DNA of 64,000 nt from Flavobacteriales bacterium (GCA_040377305.1 JBEIPA010000004.1:1-64000), one strand, 5' to 3'; counted from the first letter of the stretch, positions 46,551-57,053 are shown. Numbers and translations are program-made. The notes: generated by a model from the sequence alone, not told the origin.

Positions 46551-48398
46551 ATGATCTTCCTCTATCTCATACTCGGCTGGTTCACGATTTTCATCGGGTA
46601 TCTGCTCTATATCCGCATTGCCGACAATTTGCGCAACGGCAGATCATTCTATGATTTCGGGAAATCAAATTTTCTGATTGCTTCCATTCTCGTTTTGGGT
46701 GTCGCATACGGAATTGCGAATCTCATCCGCTACGAACCACAGTTTACGTCGTTCGAGGATCAAATCGCATACGGTGATGCCACAAATCAACCTTGGGTGA
46801 GTAATCATGCATTGTGGATTATGGTCGATTCCAATCCGTACAACATCGACAATCATTTTCAGCTCGTGCGTAATCACTATGCACAACGCGATCCGGAACG
46901 ATCACCACCGTCCGCGGGCAATTATTACGAGGAAGAAGAAAAAATGTACCTGATGTATAATGATCTGAGCACAAGCACGGACTCTAAACTGCACGACATC
47001 GGACACATCATGCTTGCCGATATGCTGATGTCGCAATCAACTCCCGACTACAACGCTGCTTCCGATCATTTACGCGTGGTGGACGATCCCACAACGAAAT
47101 ACGTGAACTACAACGCAGCACGCGTGTTACTGTATGGCGCAGGTTCAGCGATGGCATCCGAACATCTTTATTCCGAAATCAGAAACAAAGGATATAAAAA
47201 AGGTGCGTATGAATATCTCGCGGTGTTGTACGAGCTCGAACACCGCGACAGTTCTCTGCGCACGATCATTTACTCCGGAGCAGAAGAATACATCTCGCCT
47301 GAAATACGCGCACGCATCTATTTTGAAGATCACGAGTTCGCACGTTTCTTCAAACTGAAATTCAGAACACTACTCGGCGGAATCAGCTTCTGGGGATTGT
47401 CGGGAGGAATTGCAATCCTGCTCGTGTGGTTGTACGTGCTCTCCGCATTCGGGCGTGTGAGTGAAATCCGTTTGAAACAACTACTGATTCCACTTATTGG
47501 TGGTGCAATTGCATCCGTGTTGTCGTGGTGGCTGTATGCGCAGTATCGTTACGGATTCGGATTCACGCTCAATGGAAATTTAGTCAACGATTTCATTTTC
47601 TCCGTTGCCGGAATCGGGGTGATTGAAGAGTTGGTAAAACTAATTCCTTTCCTGTTGATCCTGTGGTTTACCAACATCATCAAAAAACCAATCGACTACA
47701 TCATCGTTGCGTCTGCGTGCGGACTTGGTTTTGCGGTGTTCGAAAATCTACTTTACATCTCCGGTTACGGACTTGATGTAATTCACTCTCGCGCCCTCAC
47801 CTCATCAATCTATCACATGGCGTGCAGCGGAATCGTAGCGTACGGATTTATCCTCTGCAAATACAAATGGAAAAATCAATACTGGCTTATCCCTGCATTC
47901 TTCATCCTCGCAGCAATAGCACATGGCTTCTACGATTTCTGGTTGCTCAATGACCACGTGAAAGGATATACAATCATCACATTGTTCTTCTATCTGTCTC
48001 TTATCCTCGTTTACTATTCCTTCATCGGTAACGCGCTGAATCAAACTGTGGGAGAATCGGAACCCGAAGTCATGCAACGTTTCGATGCCGTGAGAATTAC
48101 TTCCGTATTTGCCGGTGCAATGATTCTGTTGTTCGCTTTTGAATACATTGCAACTACTGTGGTGTACGGAACGCGCTTCGGAAACTCCTCTCTGCTCAAA
48201 GCCTTTCTTGCTGGAGGCTATCTCGTGTTCTTCCTGTCAATCCGTATTTCACGTTTGCGGATAGAACCACAACGCTGGAGAAAAATTGATTTCCTCTCGG
48301 GCATTTTACCGAGTCAGATTGCTGGTGAAAAACGAGATGATGAAGACGAAGAAGTTCCTACTTCTTCACTGGACGAACATACAACGCCACGGGAATAG
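46551..48398 (+). CDS. PrsW-family intramembrane metalloprotease with large N-terminal helical domain
   Basis: IEELVK, GLGFAVFENLLY, H(MACS), HGFYD motifs. Confidence 0.85.
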   Translation: MIFLYLILGWFTIFIGYLLYIRIADNLRNGRSFYDFGKSNFLIASILVLGVAYGIANLIRYEPQFTSFEDQIAYGDATNQPWVSNHALWIMVDSNPYNIDNHFQLVRNHYAQRDPERSPPSAGNYYEEEEKMYLMYNDLSTSTDSKLHDIGHIMLADMLMSQSTPDYNAASDHLRVVDDPTTKYVNYNAARVLLYGAGSAMASEHLYSEIRNKGYKKGAYEYLAVLYELEHRDSSLRTIIYSGAEEYISPEIRARIYFEDHEFARFFKLKFRTLLGGISFWGLSGGIAILLVWLYVLSAFGRVSEIRLKQLLIPLIGGAIASVLSWWLYAQYRYGFGFTLNGNLVNDFIFSVAGIGVIEELVKLIPFLLILWFTNIIKKPIDYIIVASACGLGFAVFENLLYISGYGLDVIHSRALTSSIYHMACSGIVAYGFILCKYKWKNQYWLIPAFFILAAIAHGFYDFWLLNDHVKGYTIITLFFYLSLILVYYSFIGNALNQTVGESEPEVMQRFDAVRITSVFAGAMILLFAFEYIATTVVYGTRFGNSSLLKAFLAGGYLVFFLSIRISRLRIEPQRWRKIDFLSGILPSQIAGEKRDDEDEEVPTSSLDEHTTPRE

Positions 48399-49551
48399 CA
48401 ATAATACTCGCTGCTGCCGCGAGGTAACCCACGTAGTTGTAGTTGATCACCGTATGATCGGGACCTTCCGTAGTAAGTAACCCACCGAAGTACGCTGCGA
48501 GTCCTGCGGCTAGTTGTTGAACAGCCGAAGTCAGGCTCATGAATCCGCCGCGCTGATGAGGTGCTGCCGTTGCAGAGATCAATGTATTTGCAGGTACACC
48601 GCGGTTTCCTCCGAACGTAAATAAAGCTGCCGCAAGAAGAAGTATAACCGGCATTCCTGCACTTTCAATGTGTGTAATTGTTAGAATCGGAATCAGTGCA
48701 AGAACTGAAAGCACGGTAAATACTTTCAGGCTACCTACTTTATCAGAGAGCTTTCCAACCAGCCGCATCGAGAGCACAATTGCTATTCCGCCTGCGAGAT
48801 AAATAAATCCAACATACTCCTCGTTCATGTGTAGATTATGCACAGCGAAATTCGGGATGTACGGAATGATTGAAAAATGTCCGAGCATAAGTAAACCCAT
48901 CAGCAGCAATCCACGCATACGATTACCATCGGAAACAATTTCAATGAACTGCCGTAAACCGTTTCTCTTCTTCGCTTCTTCCACATGTAGATTCATTGTC
49001 GGAATAAACCGGAACATGGCAATCAGAATTGGAATTCCCATTACTGCAATTGCGATAAAAGGAACATTCCAGCTACTGTGTGCAGCAATCAGACTTCCGC
49101 TTGGAACTCCAATGATTGAAGCTGCGGCAAATCCCATGTACATCGTTGCCATTGCACGCGCACGACGCTCGAAAGGAACAGCGTCGCTAACAATACTCAG
49201 CATTGTGGAAATAATAATTCCACCAAACATCCCCGTGAAAATCCGGGCAGCCAACAGAAGTTCGAAGCTCGGAGCGAGTCCGCACGCAAGAGTTCCAAGA
49301 ATAAATGCTGTGTAGCTAACCAGCATGACTTTTCTTCGGTCGAAACGATCGATAAAGAAAGAGCCGACGAATGCAAATATGCCCGCGCTGATGTTGTAAC
49401 TCGCAACAAGTAATCCGAATGTGGCATTCGTAATCGCAAACTCTTTACAGAATAGCGTACTCAACGGCATCATGATCATAAAATCCATGACGTGGGTAAG
49501 CTGAACAAAAGCAAGGGTATATAAAAGCGCCTTCTCGCGGATCTGGTACAT
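48358..49551 (-). CDS. MFS transporter
   Basis: 12 TM; IDRFDRRK motif A; start ATG 49551. Confidence 0.9.
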   Translation of the reverse strand: MYQIREKALLYTLAFVQLTHVMDFMIMMPLSTLFCKEFAITNATFGLLVASYNISAGIFAFVGSFFIDRFDRRKVMLVSYTAFILGTLACGLAPSFELLLAARIFTGMFGGIIISTMLSIVSDAVPFERRARAMATMYMGFAAASIIGVPSGSLIAAHSSWNVPFIAIAVMGIPILIAMFRFIPTMNLHVEEAKKRNGLRQFIEIVSDGNRMRGLLLMGLLMLGHFSIIPYIPNFAVHNLHMNEEYVGFIYLAGGIAIVLSMRLVGKLSDKVGSLKVFTVLSVLALIPILTITHIESAGMPVILLLAAALFTFGGNRGVPANTLISATAAPHQRGGFMSLTSAVQQLAAGLAAYFGGLLTTEGPDHTVINYNYVGYLAAAASIIAIPVALYVRPVKK

Positions 49552-49709
49552 AATCCGTAAAAGTAGTATGCAGTTGGCTGTGCGCAGTACGCAGTGCTCG
49601 GATAGAAGGTGAATTTTGTCGAATAAAAAGTAAGTTTTCCTGATCCTACCTCCAACCGAGCACTGAGAACCGAGCACCGAGAACTGTTATATTTGAGAAA
49701 ACATCCACT

Positions 49710-51515
49710 GTGATGCGCTATATATTACCCCTGCTATTTGCAATTACACTTCTGAGCTGCGACGACCCGGTTGCTGTTTCCGGTGACGAGCCCCGCAATC
49801 CTCTCATTGATTCTGCTGAGAAGTACAGCGCGCTCTTCCATGAAAACAAGAAGAATGATCTTCCAGGAGCTTCATTGTATGCTGCACTGACGTTATCCTT
49901 CAGCACGGAAGCCGGCTACGAACAAGGAATTGCCGATGGTAATGCCTACAGAGGTTACGTTGAATATTACCATGGCAATTATCCGGATGCGCTCGATTAT
50001 TACATGGTCGCGTTGAGCAAGTATGAAGCCATGCATGACTCTTCCGGCATTGCAAACAGTTGTTACTTCGTAGGGAAAATTCATCGCATGATGTCGAACT
50101 TCGAACAGGCGCTGGAGTACACGAATCGCGCTTACGACATTCACGCCCAAAGAAATAATCTGCCGGAATTATCTTCTGACCTGAACGGTCTCGGAAACAT
50201 TTACGCCACAATGGGTAAATACGATTCTGCACTCTCGGTTTTTCAACGACGGATCATTCTCGAAGAACAAACAGGCGATTCGGCAAGTGTTGCCAGTGCA
50301 TTGGCCGATCTGGCTGCTGCTTACACGGCGAATGGCGATGCAGAAAAAGGACTGCAATATCACCTCGCCAGTTTAAAGAAACTTGATGTTGCCATGACCG
50401 ATTCTACAGAGTGGTATCTGAAGAAATTCAAATCGGGTGTGCTCAACGATATGGCAGGCGATTATTTTCTGCTTGGCGATTACGGTGCAGCAATCAAGAC
50501 AGCTGAAGAAGCCCTTTCCCTTGCAGCTTCAGTGAACGCGAGAAAAGAAAAGCGGACCATCTATACGCGTCTCGCTGAGTTGCACGGATTGACCGGTCGT
50601 GAAGACTTACAGATGCAATACATGGAAAAATATATTGCACTGAATGATTCACTGCTCAGTGAAGAAGGACAAGCGCGTATTGCAGAAGCTGAAGTTCGTT
50701 ATGGTGTTGCCAAGAATGAAGCAGACATCGCACGCCTGGATGCAGACAAAGCAGCATTGACACTCGACAACGAAAGAGAGAAGGCAGAAAAAACCCTCAT
50801 CATCATCTGCGCTTTGGGTGGTGCTCTTCTGTTTGCAGCACTCGGCTTACTGATTTACTCGCGCAACAGAATGCGCTACAAAGAGCAACAGTTCCGCGCT
50901 ATGATTGACGGAGAAGAAGCTGAACGTCGTCGTATCGCTATGGAATTGCACGATGGACTGGGACAACTACTTTCTTCTGCACGATTAAATGTTGCAGGAC
51001 TTGAAGAATCGGTGAATAAAGAAGATGAAAGCATCCTGAAAAATTCACTTTCTCTCATTGACGAAGCGTGTACAGAAGTACGCAACGTTTCTCACAACCT
51101 CATGCCCTCTGCGCTCATCAAGCTGGGATTAGTTTCTGCCTTGCGCGAGCTCGCCGCAAAGATTTCTCAGTCGGGACAAATTGTTGTGAGTCTTTCTGCA
51201 GACCAATACACGGCAAAGATGAACAGCGCAGAAGAAACTGCATTGTACCGCATTGTTCAGGAAACGGTGAATAATGCATTGAAATATTCACGTGCGTCTA
51301 AAATCAATATTTCACTTTCCGGCTCTGAGAAAGTAATTGCAGTTGTGAGTGATTCCGGAATCGGTATGCCGAAGGAAGCTGCCGATAGCGGTTACGGCAT
51401 TGGCTGGAAAAACATTCGTTCCCGCGTAGAACTTCTGCGTGGTGAGCTCGATGTGAAGAGTGCTCCCGGAGAAGGAACTACAGTTACAATCACCATTCAA
51501 CCGAAATCGAATTAA
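49710..51515 (+). CDS. TPR-containing sensor histidine kinase (HisKA_3)
   Basis: ERRRIAMELHDGLGQLL, YRIVQETVNNALKYS, DSGIG, GIGW, GTTV. Confidence 0.93.
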   Translation: MMRYILPLLFAITLLSCDDPVAVSGDEPRNPLIDSAEKYSALFHENKKNDLPGASLYAALTLSFSTEAGYEQGIADGNAYRGYVEYYHGNYPDALDYYMVALSKYEAMHDSSGIANSCYFVGKIHRMMSNFEQALEYTNRAYDIHAQRNNLPELSSDLNGLGNIYATMGKYDSALSVFQRRIILEEQTGDSASVASALADLAAAYTANGDAEKGLQYHLASLKKLDVAMTDSTEWYLKKFKSGVLNDMAGDYFLLGDYGAAIKTAEEALSLAASVNARKEKRTIYTRLAELHGLTGREDLQMQYMEKYIALNDSLLSEEGQARIAEAEVRYGVAKNEADIARLDADKAALTLDNEREKAEKTLIIICALGGALLFAALGLLIYSRNRMRYKEQQFRAMIDGEEAERRRIAMELHDGLGQLLSSARLNVAGLEESVNKEDESILKNSLSLIDEACTEVRNVSHNLMPSALIKLGLVSALRELAAKISQSGQIVVSLSADQYTAKMNSAEETALYRIVQETVNNALKYSRASKINISLSGSEKVIAVVSDSGIGMPKEAADSGYGIGWKNIRSRVELLRGELDVKSAPGEGTTVTITIQPKSN

Positions 51516-51516
51516 G

Positions 51517-52164
51517 ATGAGTGAAGAATCGGTGAAGATTGTAATTGCAGACGATCACCAGATGTTCATTGACGGGGTGAAGGTGCTGATCAGAAACGAA
51601 AAGCGTTTTGAGATCATTGGAGAAGCGTTGAACGGAGCCCAGGCACTCGAGCTTGTAGAAAAGTTATCGCCGCACATTCTCATCACCGATATCAATATGC
51701 CGGGAATGTCGGGCATTGAACTCACGAAGCTTGTCAAAGAGAAATTTCCTGAAACGAAAGTTCTTGTGCTCACGATGTACAACGATCGTGAAATCATTTC
51801 TGAAATTTTCAGCACCGACGCCGAAGGATACATTCTTAAGAATACCGGCAAGCAGGAATTGATCACCGCACTTTCCCGTCTCGCCGACGATGGCACTTTC
51901 TACAGCGCAGAAGTGATGAGTGTAATGCTCGCTCAGGCGAAAAAAGAAAAAAAGATCCGCGAGCAAACGGAAATACTTTCTCCGCGTGAAGTTGAAATCA
52001 TTCAGCTCATCACCCAGGAATTCTCAACGGCTCAAATCGCCGAAAAGCTATTCATCTCTCCAAGAACAGTCGACACGCACCGTAAGAATATCATCGCCAA
52101 GACCGGTGTACGGACTATTGTAGGGCTGATACGGTTCGCGTACGACAATGATCTTTTGAAGTAG
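51517..52164 (+). CDS. NarL/LuxR-family response regulator
   Basis: IADDHQMF, DINMPG, GYILK; LSPREVEI..IAEKLFISPRTVDTHRKN. Confidence 0.95.
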   Translation: MSEESVKIVIADDHQMFIDGVKVLIRNEKRFEIIGEALNGAQALELVEKLSPHILITDINMPGMSGIELTKLVKEKFPETKVLVLTMYNDREIISEIFSTDAEGYILKNTGKQELITALSRLADDGTFYSAEVMSVMLAQAKKEKKIREQTEILSPREVEIIQLITQEFSTAQIAEKLFISPRTVDTHRKNIIAKTGVRTIVGLIRFAYDNDLLK

Positions 52165-52451
52165 GCAGGCGGCAGTTGGTCAGCTGCCAGTCATATATGA
52201 TCTTCCTTCAACGTTTTCCTCAAAGCTCTTCCACCGTGGGCTGAAGCCGCGCGGCGATCTTCGCTACTTCTTATTATGAGGACGCAAAAATGGCGAAGCC
52301 ATTTTTGATAATCCCCGTAATGGACTGCCAACTGCCCTACTGCCGCCTGCCTACTGATTCAATATACCTAGCGCTACGGATGCACCCCCGATTTGCCTGA
52401 AATAGCTTTGTTCTTGTCAAAACGTTCAATCTAAACCTAAACAAGAAACAA

Positions 52452-53324
52452 ATGAAAGCTCACATCAAACGGATCTGCCTAGCCACTATGCTGGTTGCAT
52501 CTACCACTCTTCTCATCGCAGGCAAACCAAAACCAGACAAAGACCTGTACGAAGGAATCACTAAAGGAAAAATCGAAGCTGTGAAAGCTGCAATTGACGC
52601 AGGTGCCGACGTCAACAAAAAGTATCAAATGAAATGGCCTTTGCTGTGGGCGCTCGAAACGTCGCACGATACAGCCATCATCAAATTACTGATTGCAAAA
52701 GGAGCTGATGTAAATGCGAGCGACATCAACGGAAGTGTGCTTTCACAATACGGTGGTCGTGTCGAGACTCCGCAGAACAAAGCGCAGTGGACGATGGACT
52801 TCTACAAAAAGTACAAAGTAGATACCGTTGTTGATCCCAATATCTACTCATCCATCACTGCGGTTGTTCATGTGTTGTTGTCTGCCGGTGCAAATCCGAA
52901 TTACGATCTCGGATACACACTTGGCAATCCCATGCAGAACTGTATTTCGTTCGGAATCGGATCGGAAGAAGCGCGGGCAGAATTTGTGAAAGCACTCTGC
53001 ACGCACCCAACCAATCATGCCGACATCAACGAACGCATGAAAACGGCAGAGTCTGTTTCCGCTAATTCGGAAGGTTTCAAAATGGTGGACAAAGAGAAAC
53101 ATCCAACCGCGTTGATGTACTCTATACAGAAAGGCTATACGAAGATCGCACTTGCGCTGATCGAGGCTGGTGCCGATGTGAACATTACAATGAACACATA
53201 TCACACCAGTGCGGACATGTGGGCTACATACAACAACAAGAGCACAATCACCGCGCTCGACATTGCGCGTATGAAGAAGAACACGGAAGTTGAACAGAAA
53301 CTCATTGAAAAAGGAGCGAAATAA
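52452..53324 (+). CDS. Secreted ankyrin-repeat protein
   Basis: Signal peptide; GADVN, TALMY..GYTKIALALIEAGADVN, TALDIA. Confidence 0.85.
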   Translation: MKAHIKRICLATMLVASTTLLIAGKPKPDKDLYEGITKGKIEAVKAAIDAGADVNKKYQMKWPLLWALETSHDTAIIKLLIAKGADVNASDINGSVLSQYGGRVETPQNKAQWTMDFYKKYKVDTVVDPNIYSSITAVVHVLLSAGANPNYDLGYTLGNPMQNCISFGIGSEEARAEFVKALCTHPTNHADINERMKTAESVSANSEGFKMVDKEKHPTALMYSIQKGYTKIALALIEAGADVNITMNTYHTSADMWATYNNKSTITALDIARMKKNTEVEQKLIEKGAK

Positions 53325-53426
53325 TATGGTACAAGTTAATAAGTAGCTAAGTAGGCGAGTACAGTTCCACATTTGACTCGCCTACTTAGAAGCTTGCCTA
53401 CTTTCTAACTTAAAAACTTCATCGTC

Positions 53427-54155
53427 ATGAACACGAATCTGAAAATTACTACCAAAGTAGTAGCGCTCTTCTTTCTTCTGTTTTTCGCAAACAATGTGAA
53501 CGCCCAGTTGCAGAACTATGAATTCGGATTCGGCTTTCACGGCAAAAAGAATGTTGGCGACACTGCAGGCTGGCACATGCAACAGAAAATTTACAGCGCC
53601 GCGGTGCGCGGACACTGCTCACTACTCGACTTCCTCATCAATCGTGATGGAGACAATCGCTTCCGCATCGGTGATTATTTGGGCGGTGGATTTGGCACAG
53701 GTTTCGCTAAAGAATACATCAATCCCAATGGAGAAATCGGTGGAGCAGAGACGCGTACGCTGAAATCAATGTGGATAACGATTGATCTGCAGTTTGGCTT
53801 GCAGTCGAGCTATGCATTCAACGACAATCTTCGTGTTGGTGTAAACGCATTCAAAGAACTGCAGCTGGGATTTGTGATTGGAACGGATTATGCCGAGAAC
53901 GTTTATGCGTTCAATTTCATCGGTGGCAATGTCACGTACTCCAATTTTTATCTGGAATACAATCACGGGTTGCCCTGGGATCTCGACAAAACCAAAGACT
54001 TCGAGGATCACATATCGCGCTTTCAGTTCAGGTTTTTCCTCGACAAAGAGGAAGGCAAGAATATTGGCATCCGTTTTGAAAGTGGCAATAGGGACTGGTC
54101 GGGAAGAACAGATCGGCTGACGAGCTTTGAGCTTTGTTTCGGTAGAATGTTTTGA
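53427..54155 (+). CDS. Putative outer-membrane beta-barrel protein
   Basis: Signal peptide; amphipathic strands; C-terminal Phe. Confidence 0.65.
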   Translation: MNTNLKITTKVVALFFLLFFANNVNAQLQNYEFGFGFHGKKNVGDTAGWHMQQKIYSAAVRGHCSLLDFLINRDGDNRFRIGDYLGGGFGTGFAKEYINPNGEIGGAETRTLKSMWITIDLQFGLQSSYAFNDNLRVGVNAFKELQLGFVIGTDYAENVYAFNFIGGNVTYSNFYLEYNHGLPWDLDKTKDFEDHISRFQFRFFLDKEEGKNIGIRFESGNRDWSGRTDRLTSFELCFGRMF

Positions 54156-54246
54156 CCCTTTCCAACCACGAGAGTTCGCTGCGGAAAGATGTTACACCGT
54201 ATGCGAACTCTTTTTTTATTCGATGATTAGGTCCTTGGATACGCGC

Positions 54247-54918
54247 TCAACGAATCAACGTCACATTATTCATCAAAGTCCGTTGCTTATCGCCTTCGAA
54301 AGCCTTCCAGGTAATCTTCCACACATAAACACCTGCTTCCTGTTGTTGGCCTTTGGAAGTTCCATCCCAACCGGTCGCCAAATCTTTGGTTTCAAAAATC
54401 AAATTTCCCCATCGATCGAAAATCTGCATGGCGAAATTTACTGGCATACATCCGAATACAGGTCTGAAGTCTTCATACAATCCATCGCCGTTCGGAGTGA
54501 TTACATTCGGCACATACATCACAGGTCGGCACTGCAGAGTGTCCAGTGCAGTAATCGTCACCGCACGCGAACTCAAACAAGTAACATATCCCATGCAATA
54601 AACCGATGTTGAATCGCTACTCCACGTACAATTCAACGTCCACATGAAAGTACCCGCGGTGCAATTTCCTTTTCTGTTGTTGAGCAACCCGTTCCATCCT
54701 TGCTCTGGGATGTCGGTGTAAAACATGGTTTCTCCCCACTTGTTGTGAATGATGAATTCGTATTTGTCGGGAGACTCAACCCGAAACGTTGGTTTGAAGC
54801 GCGTAGAGTCGGTCATCTGTTTCCAATCGAACTTTTCAGGAATGAAAATTCCGCTGTCACATTGCGCATCCAGCACGAATGAAAAGAAAACCAATAACAG
54901 CGAACAGAGAAATTTCAC
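54247..54918 (-). CDS. Protein of two tandem T9SS type-B (gliding-motility-associated) C-terminal domains
   Basis: IHNKWGE..GWNG..GTFMW and PNVITPNGDG..IFDRWGN..GWDG..GVYVW. Confidence 0.8.
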   Translation of the reverse strand: MKFLCSLLLVFFSFVLDAQCDSGIFIPEKFDWKQMTDSTRFKPTFRVESPDKYEFIIHNKWGETMFYTDIPEQGWNGLLNNRKGNCTAGTFMWTLNCTWSSDSTSVYCMGYVTCLSSRAVTITALDTLQCRPVMYVPNVITPNGDGLYEDFRPVFGCMPVNFAMQIFDRWGNLIFETKDLATGWDGTSKGQQQEAGVYVWKITWKAFEGDKQRTLMNNVTLIR

Positions 54919-54948
54919 TTTGGAAAATTACGACAATTCAAGCGATGC

Positions 54949-56664
54949 CTATTTTCGGATCACAACGCGAATCAGTTGTACATTCTGGTCTGCATTCGTA
55001 AGTCGCAACATGTAGACGCCTTCGGCAAGCGATGAATTGCCAAATGAATTGTTCCCCGGCAACACATTCTTCGCTTCCACTACTTGTCCGAGTCCGTTCA
55101 TCAGCTCAGCAGTACACGACTGCGAAACGTACAATTGAAAATTTCCTTCAGATGGATTCGGATACAGCTGAACAGAGAATGCAGATACACCGCCTGTGCT
55201 CATACATGCATCAACCGCAACAGAGTCTGTCGCGAATGATGTACAACCTGCACTATCCGTATACGTGTACGTAATTCCGTGCGTGCCGATTCCAGCTGTT
55301 GCCGGATCAAAATTTCCTGCATTCACTCCAGGTCCGGAATAGCTTCCGCCAGCTGGAGATCCTGTTGTGAGTGCATAAGCCTGATCAGCCAAACACACTA
55401 CGGGAAGTCCGAATGAGAAAGTCACCACAGGAATTGTATTGAACGTAACGTTAATCGCATCAGATGCTGTACATCCATTTGCGTCAGTCACCACAACTGA
55501 ATATGTTCCGGTGATGAATGTGATCAGCGTTTGTTGCGTTGTGCTGTTGCTCCATAAGTAACTCATTCCCGGATTTCCGGCGTTGAGTGGTAAGTTGTCT
55601 CCGCAAATGCTGGTGTCGTTGCCGAGATTAACTGTTGGTGGTGTATTAAACGTTACTGTAATCGTATCGCCAGCCGTGCAACCTGTGAGCGTGTTTGTAA
55701 CACTAACGTTGTATGTTCCGGAAGAAGCTGTGTTCAATGTTTGCGCGGTGCTGTTGTCGCTCCACAAGTAAACGCTGTTTGGTTGCACACCTGCGTCAAT
55801 TTGAAACGAGCCGCCACATATCATCGTGTCTGCACCCAAAGTCACAACCGGATTTGCATTCACCGTTACAACAACCGTGTCAACATCCGAACAGCTTACG
55901 CCATCGCCTGCTGTTAAAACATACGTGGTCGTAATTGTTGGCGACGCTGTTGTGCTTGCGCTGTTCGGATTTCCCAAACCAACTGTCGGTGTCCAGCTGT
56001 AAACTGTTGCGCCACCTGTTGCAGTTCCATTGAGCGTTACCTGATCTCCTTCACACATGATCTGATCTCCACCCGCATTTGCAGCAATGAAACACGATGG
56101 TACACTGTTGCAGCAATTGCCTCCGGCACTCAATAGATATGGCGCAACACTCCAGCAACCGTATTGTGTGAAGTAGCTCACCAATGTACCGCCGGTTGTA
56201 GTCTGGAAGTACGCTTTAATCTGATCTGCGGTATTACAACCGCCCTGGTTTGACGTCGTGCTGCATGTATACGCACATACAATAGAGTTATTACCATTAG
56301 GATTGCTCAACGTACTCGGCGGAAGAAAATTCACCGAAGTAATTCCGGCTGGAACTCCTGTGATGGTAGTTGTCGTTGGGGAGTTAAAGCAATGATTATT
56401 GTTCGTGCTTACGTATCCTGCATAGCGCACTTCTGTTACGTTGCCCACATAAGTTCCACTTAGATTAATCGTCACCGGTTCATAGGTACACACACCGATT
56501 TTGATATTCGGAATGTTCACATCGCAGTTGATGTTGAGTACGCCGCCATCGTAGTTTGCATACACGAATAAATTTCCGGCAGGATTGCAGGTGATTTGTG
56601 CCTGAACATGAGTTGCGGTGAATGCAAGAAATGCAGCTGCGAGAAGTGAGTAGAGTTTGTTCAT
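54949..56664 (-). CDS. Secreted Ig-like repeat protein with T9SS type-A C-terminal domain
   Basis: YLWS..GTY.V.VT..GC repeats; LYPNPSEG..GVYML. Confidence 0.85.
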   Translation of the reverse strand: MNKLYSLLAAAFLAFTATHVQAQITCNPAGNLFVYANYDGGVLNINCDVNIPNIKIGVCTYEPVTINLSGTYVGNVTEVRYAGYVSTNNNHCFNSPTTTTITGVPAGITSVNFLPPSTLSNPNGNNSIVCAYTCSTTSNQGGCNTADQIKAYFQTTTGGTLVSYFTQYGCWSVAPYLLSAGGNCCNSVPSCFIAANAGGDQIMCEGDQVTLNGTATGGATVYSWTPTVGLGNPNSASTTASPTITTTYVLTAGDGVSCSDVDTVVVTVNANPVVTLGADTMICGGSFQIDAGVQPNSVYLWSDNSTAQTLNTASSGTYNVSVTNTLTGCTAGDTITVTFNTPPTVNLGNDTSICGDNLPLNAGNPGMSYLWSNSTTQQTLITFITGTYSVVVTDANGCTASDAINVTFNTIPVVTFSFGLPVVCLADQAYALTTGSPAGGSYSGPGVNAGNFDPATAGIGTHGITYTYTDSAGCTSFATDSVAVDACMSTGGVSAFSVQLYPNPSEGNFQLYVSQSCTAELMNGLGQVVEAKNVLPGNNSFGNSSLAEGVYMLRLTNADQNVQLIRVVIRK

Positions 56665-56723
56665 GGGTTGAGTGTGTTAGTGCCAGAGGGAAGTTACGAA
56701 ATTAGCCCCCGAGTCGAAAACGC

Positions 56724-56752
56724 AAAAAGCCCGATCTCTCGACCGGGCTTTC
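56724..56752 (-). terminator. Terminator of the original tRNA-Asn transcript
   Basis: Minus strand GAAAGCCCGGTC-GAGA-GATCGGGCTTTTT. Confidence 0.75.
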
Positions 56753-56754
56753 TT

Positions 56755-56797
56755 GCTCCCCCTTCTGGACTTGAACCAGAGACCCCATGATTAACAG
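56755..56797 (-). tRNA. 3' half of tRNA-Asn(GTT), an att-site remnant rather than an intact gene
   Basis: CTGTTAA anticodon loop, TCATG, GGGTC, TCTGG-TTCAAGT-CCAGA T-arm, AGGGGGA-G acceptor strand; no D-arm or 5' acceptor strand upstream. Confidence 0.88.
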
Positions 56798-56912
56798 ACG
56801 TGGGGTAATAGGGCCAATGGGGCAAAAAAACGCAGAAATCGCCTTCTGTAGCCTGCAATAAGGTGCATTAGGCTGCATTACCGCGCTGAATGTCCGCGCT
56901 GATCCGCACTGT

Positions 56913-57053
56913 CTATTTCTTCTTCTTTTTTCCCTTCGCTTGGGACAGCGCCGACCCTGCAATCTTCTTGTCCGTCTTCGAACTGTTTGGGTTCAATAGC
57001 ACTTTCGATGCCAGCTTGGCAACCTTAGTCGAGGTTTGTTTCTTATTAGCCAT
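56913..57053 (-). CDS. 46-aa basic protein MANKKQTSTKVAKLASKVLLNPNSSKTDKKIAGSALSQAKGKKKKK
   Basis: Hand-translated ATG 57053 to TAG 56913; below the ORF-track cutoff. Confidence 0.7.
   Translation of the reverse strand: MANKKQTSTKVAKLASKVLLNPNSSKTDKKIAGSALSQAKGKKKKK

Noticed and set aside
56755-56830. Intact or intron-containing tRNA-Asn
   Set aside because: No D-arm or 5' acceptor strand found nearby; adjacent mobilization genes favour an att remnant
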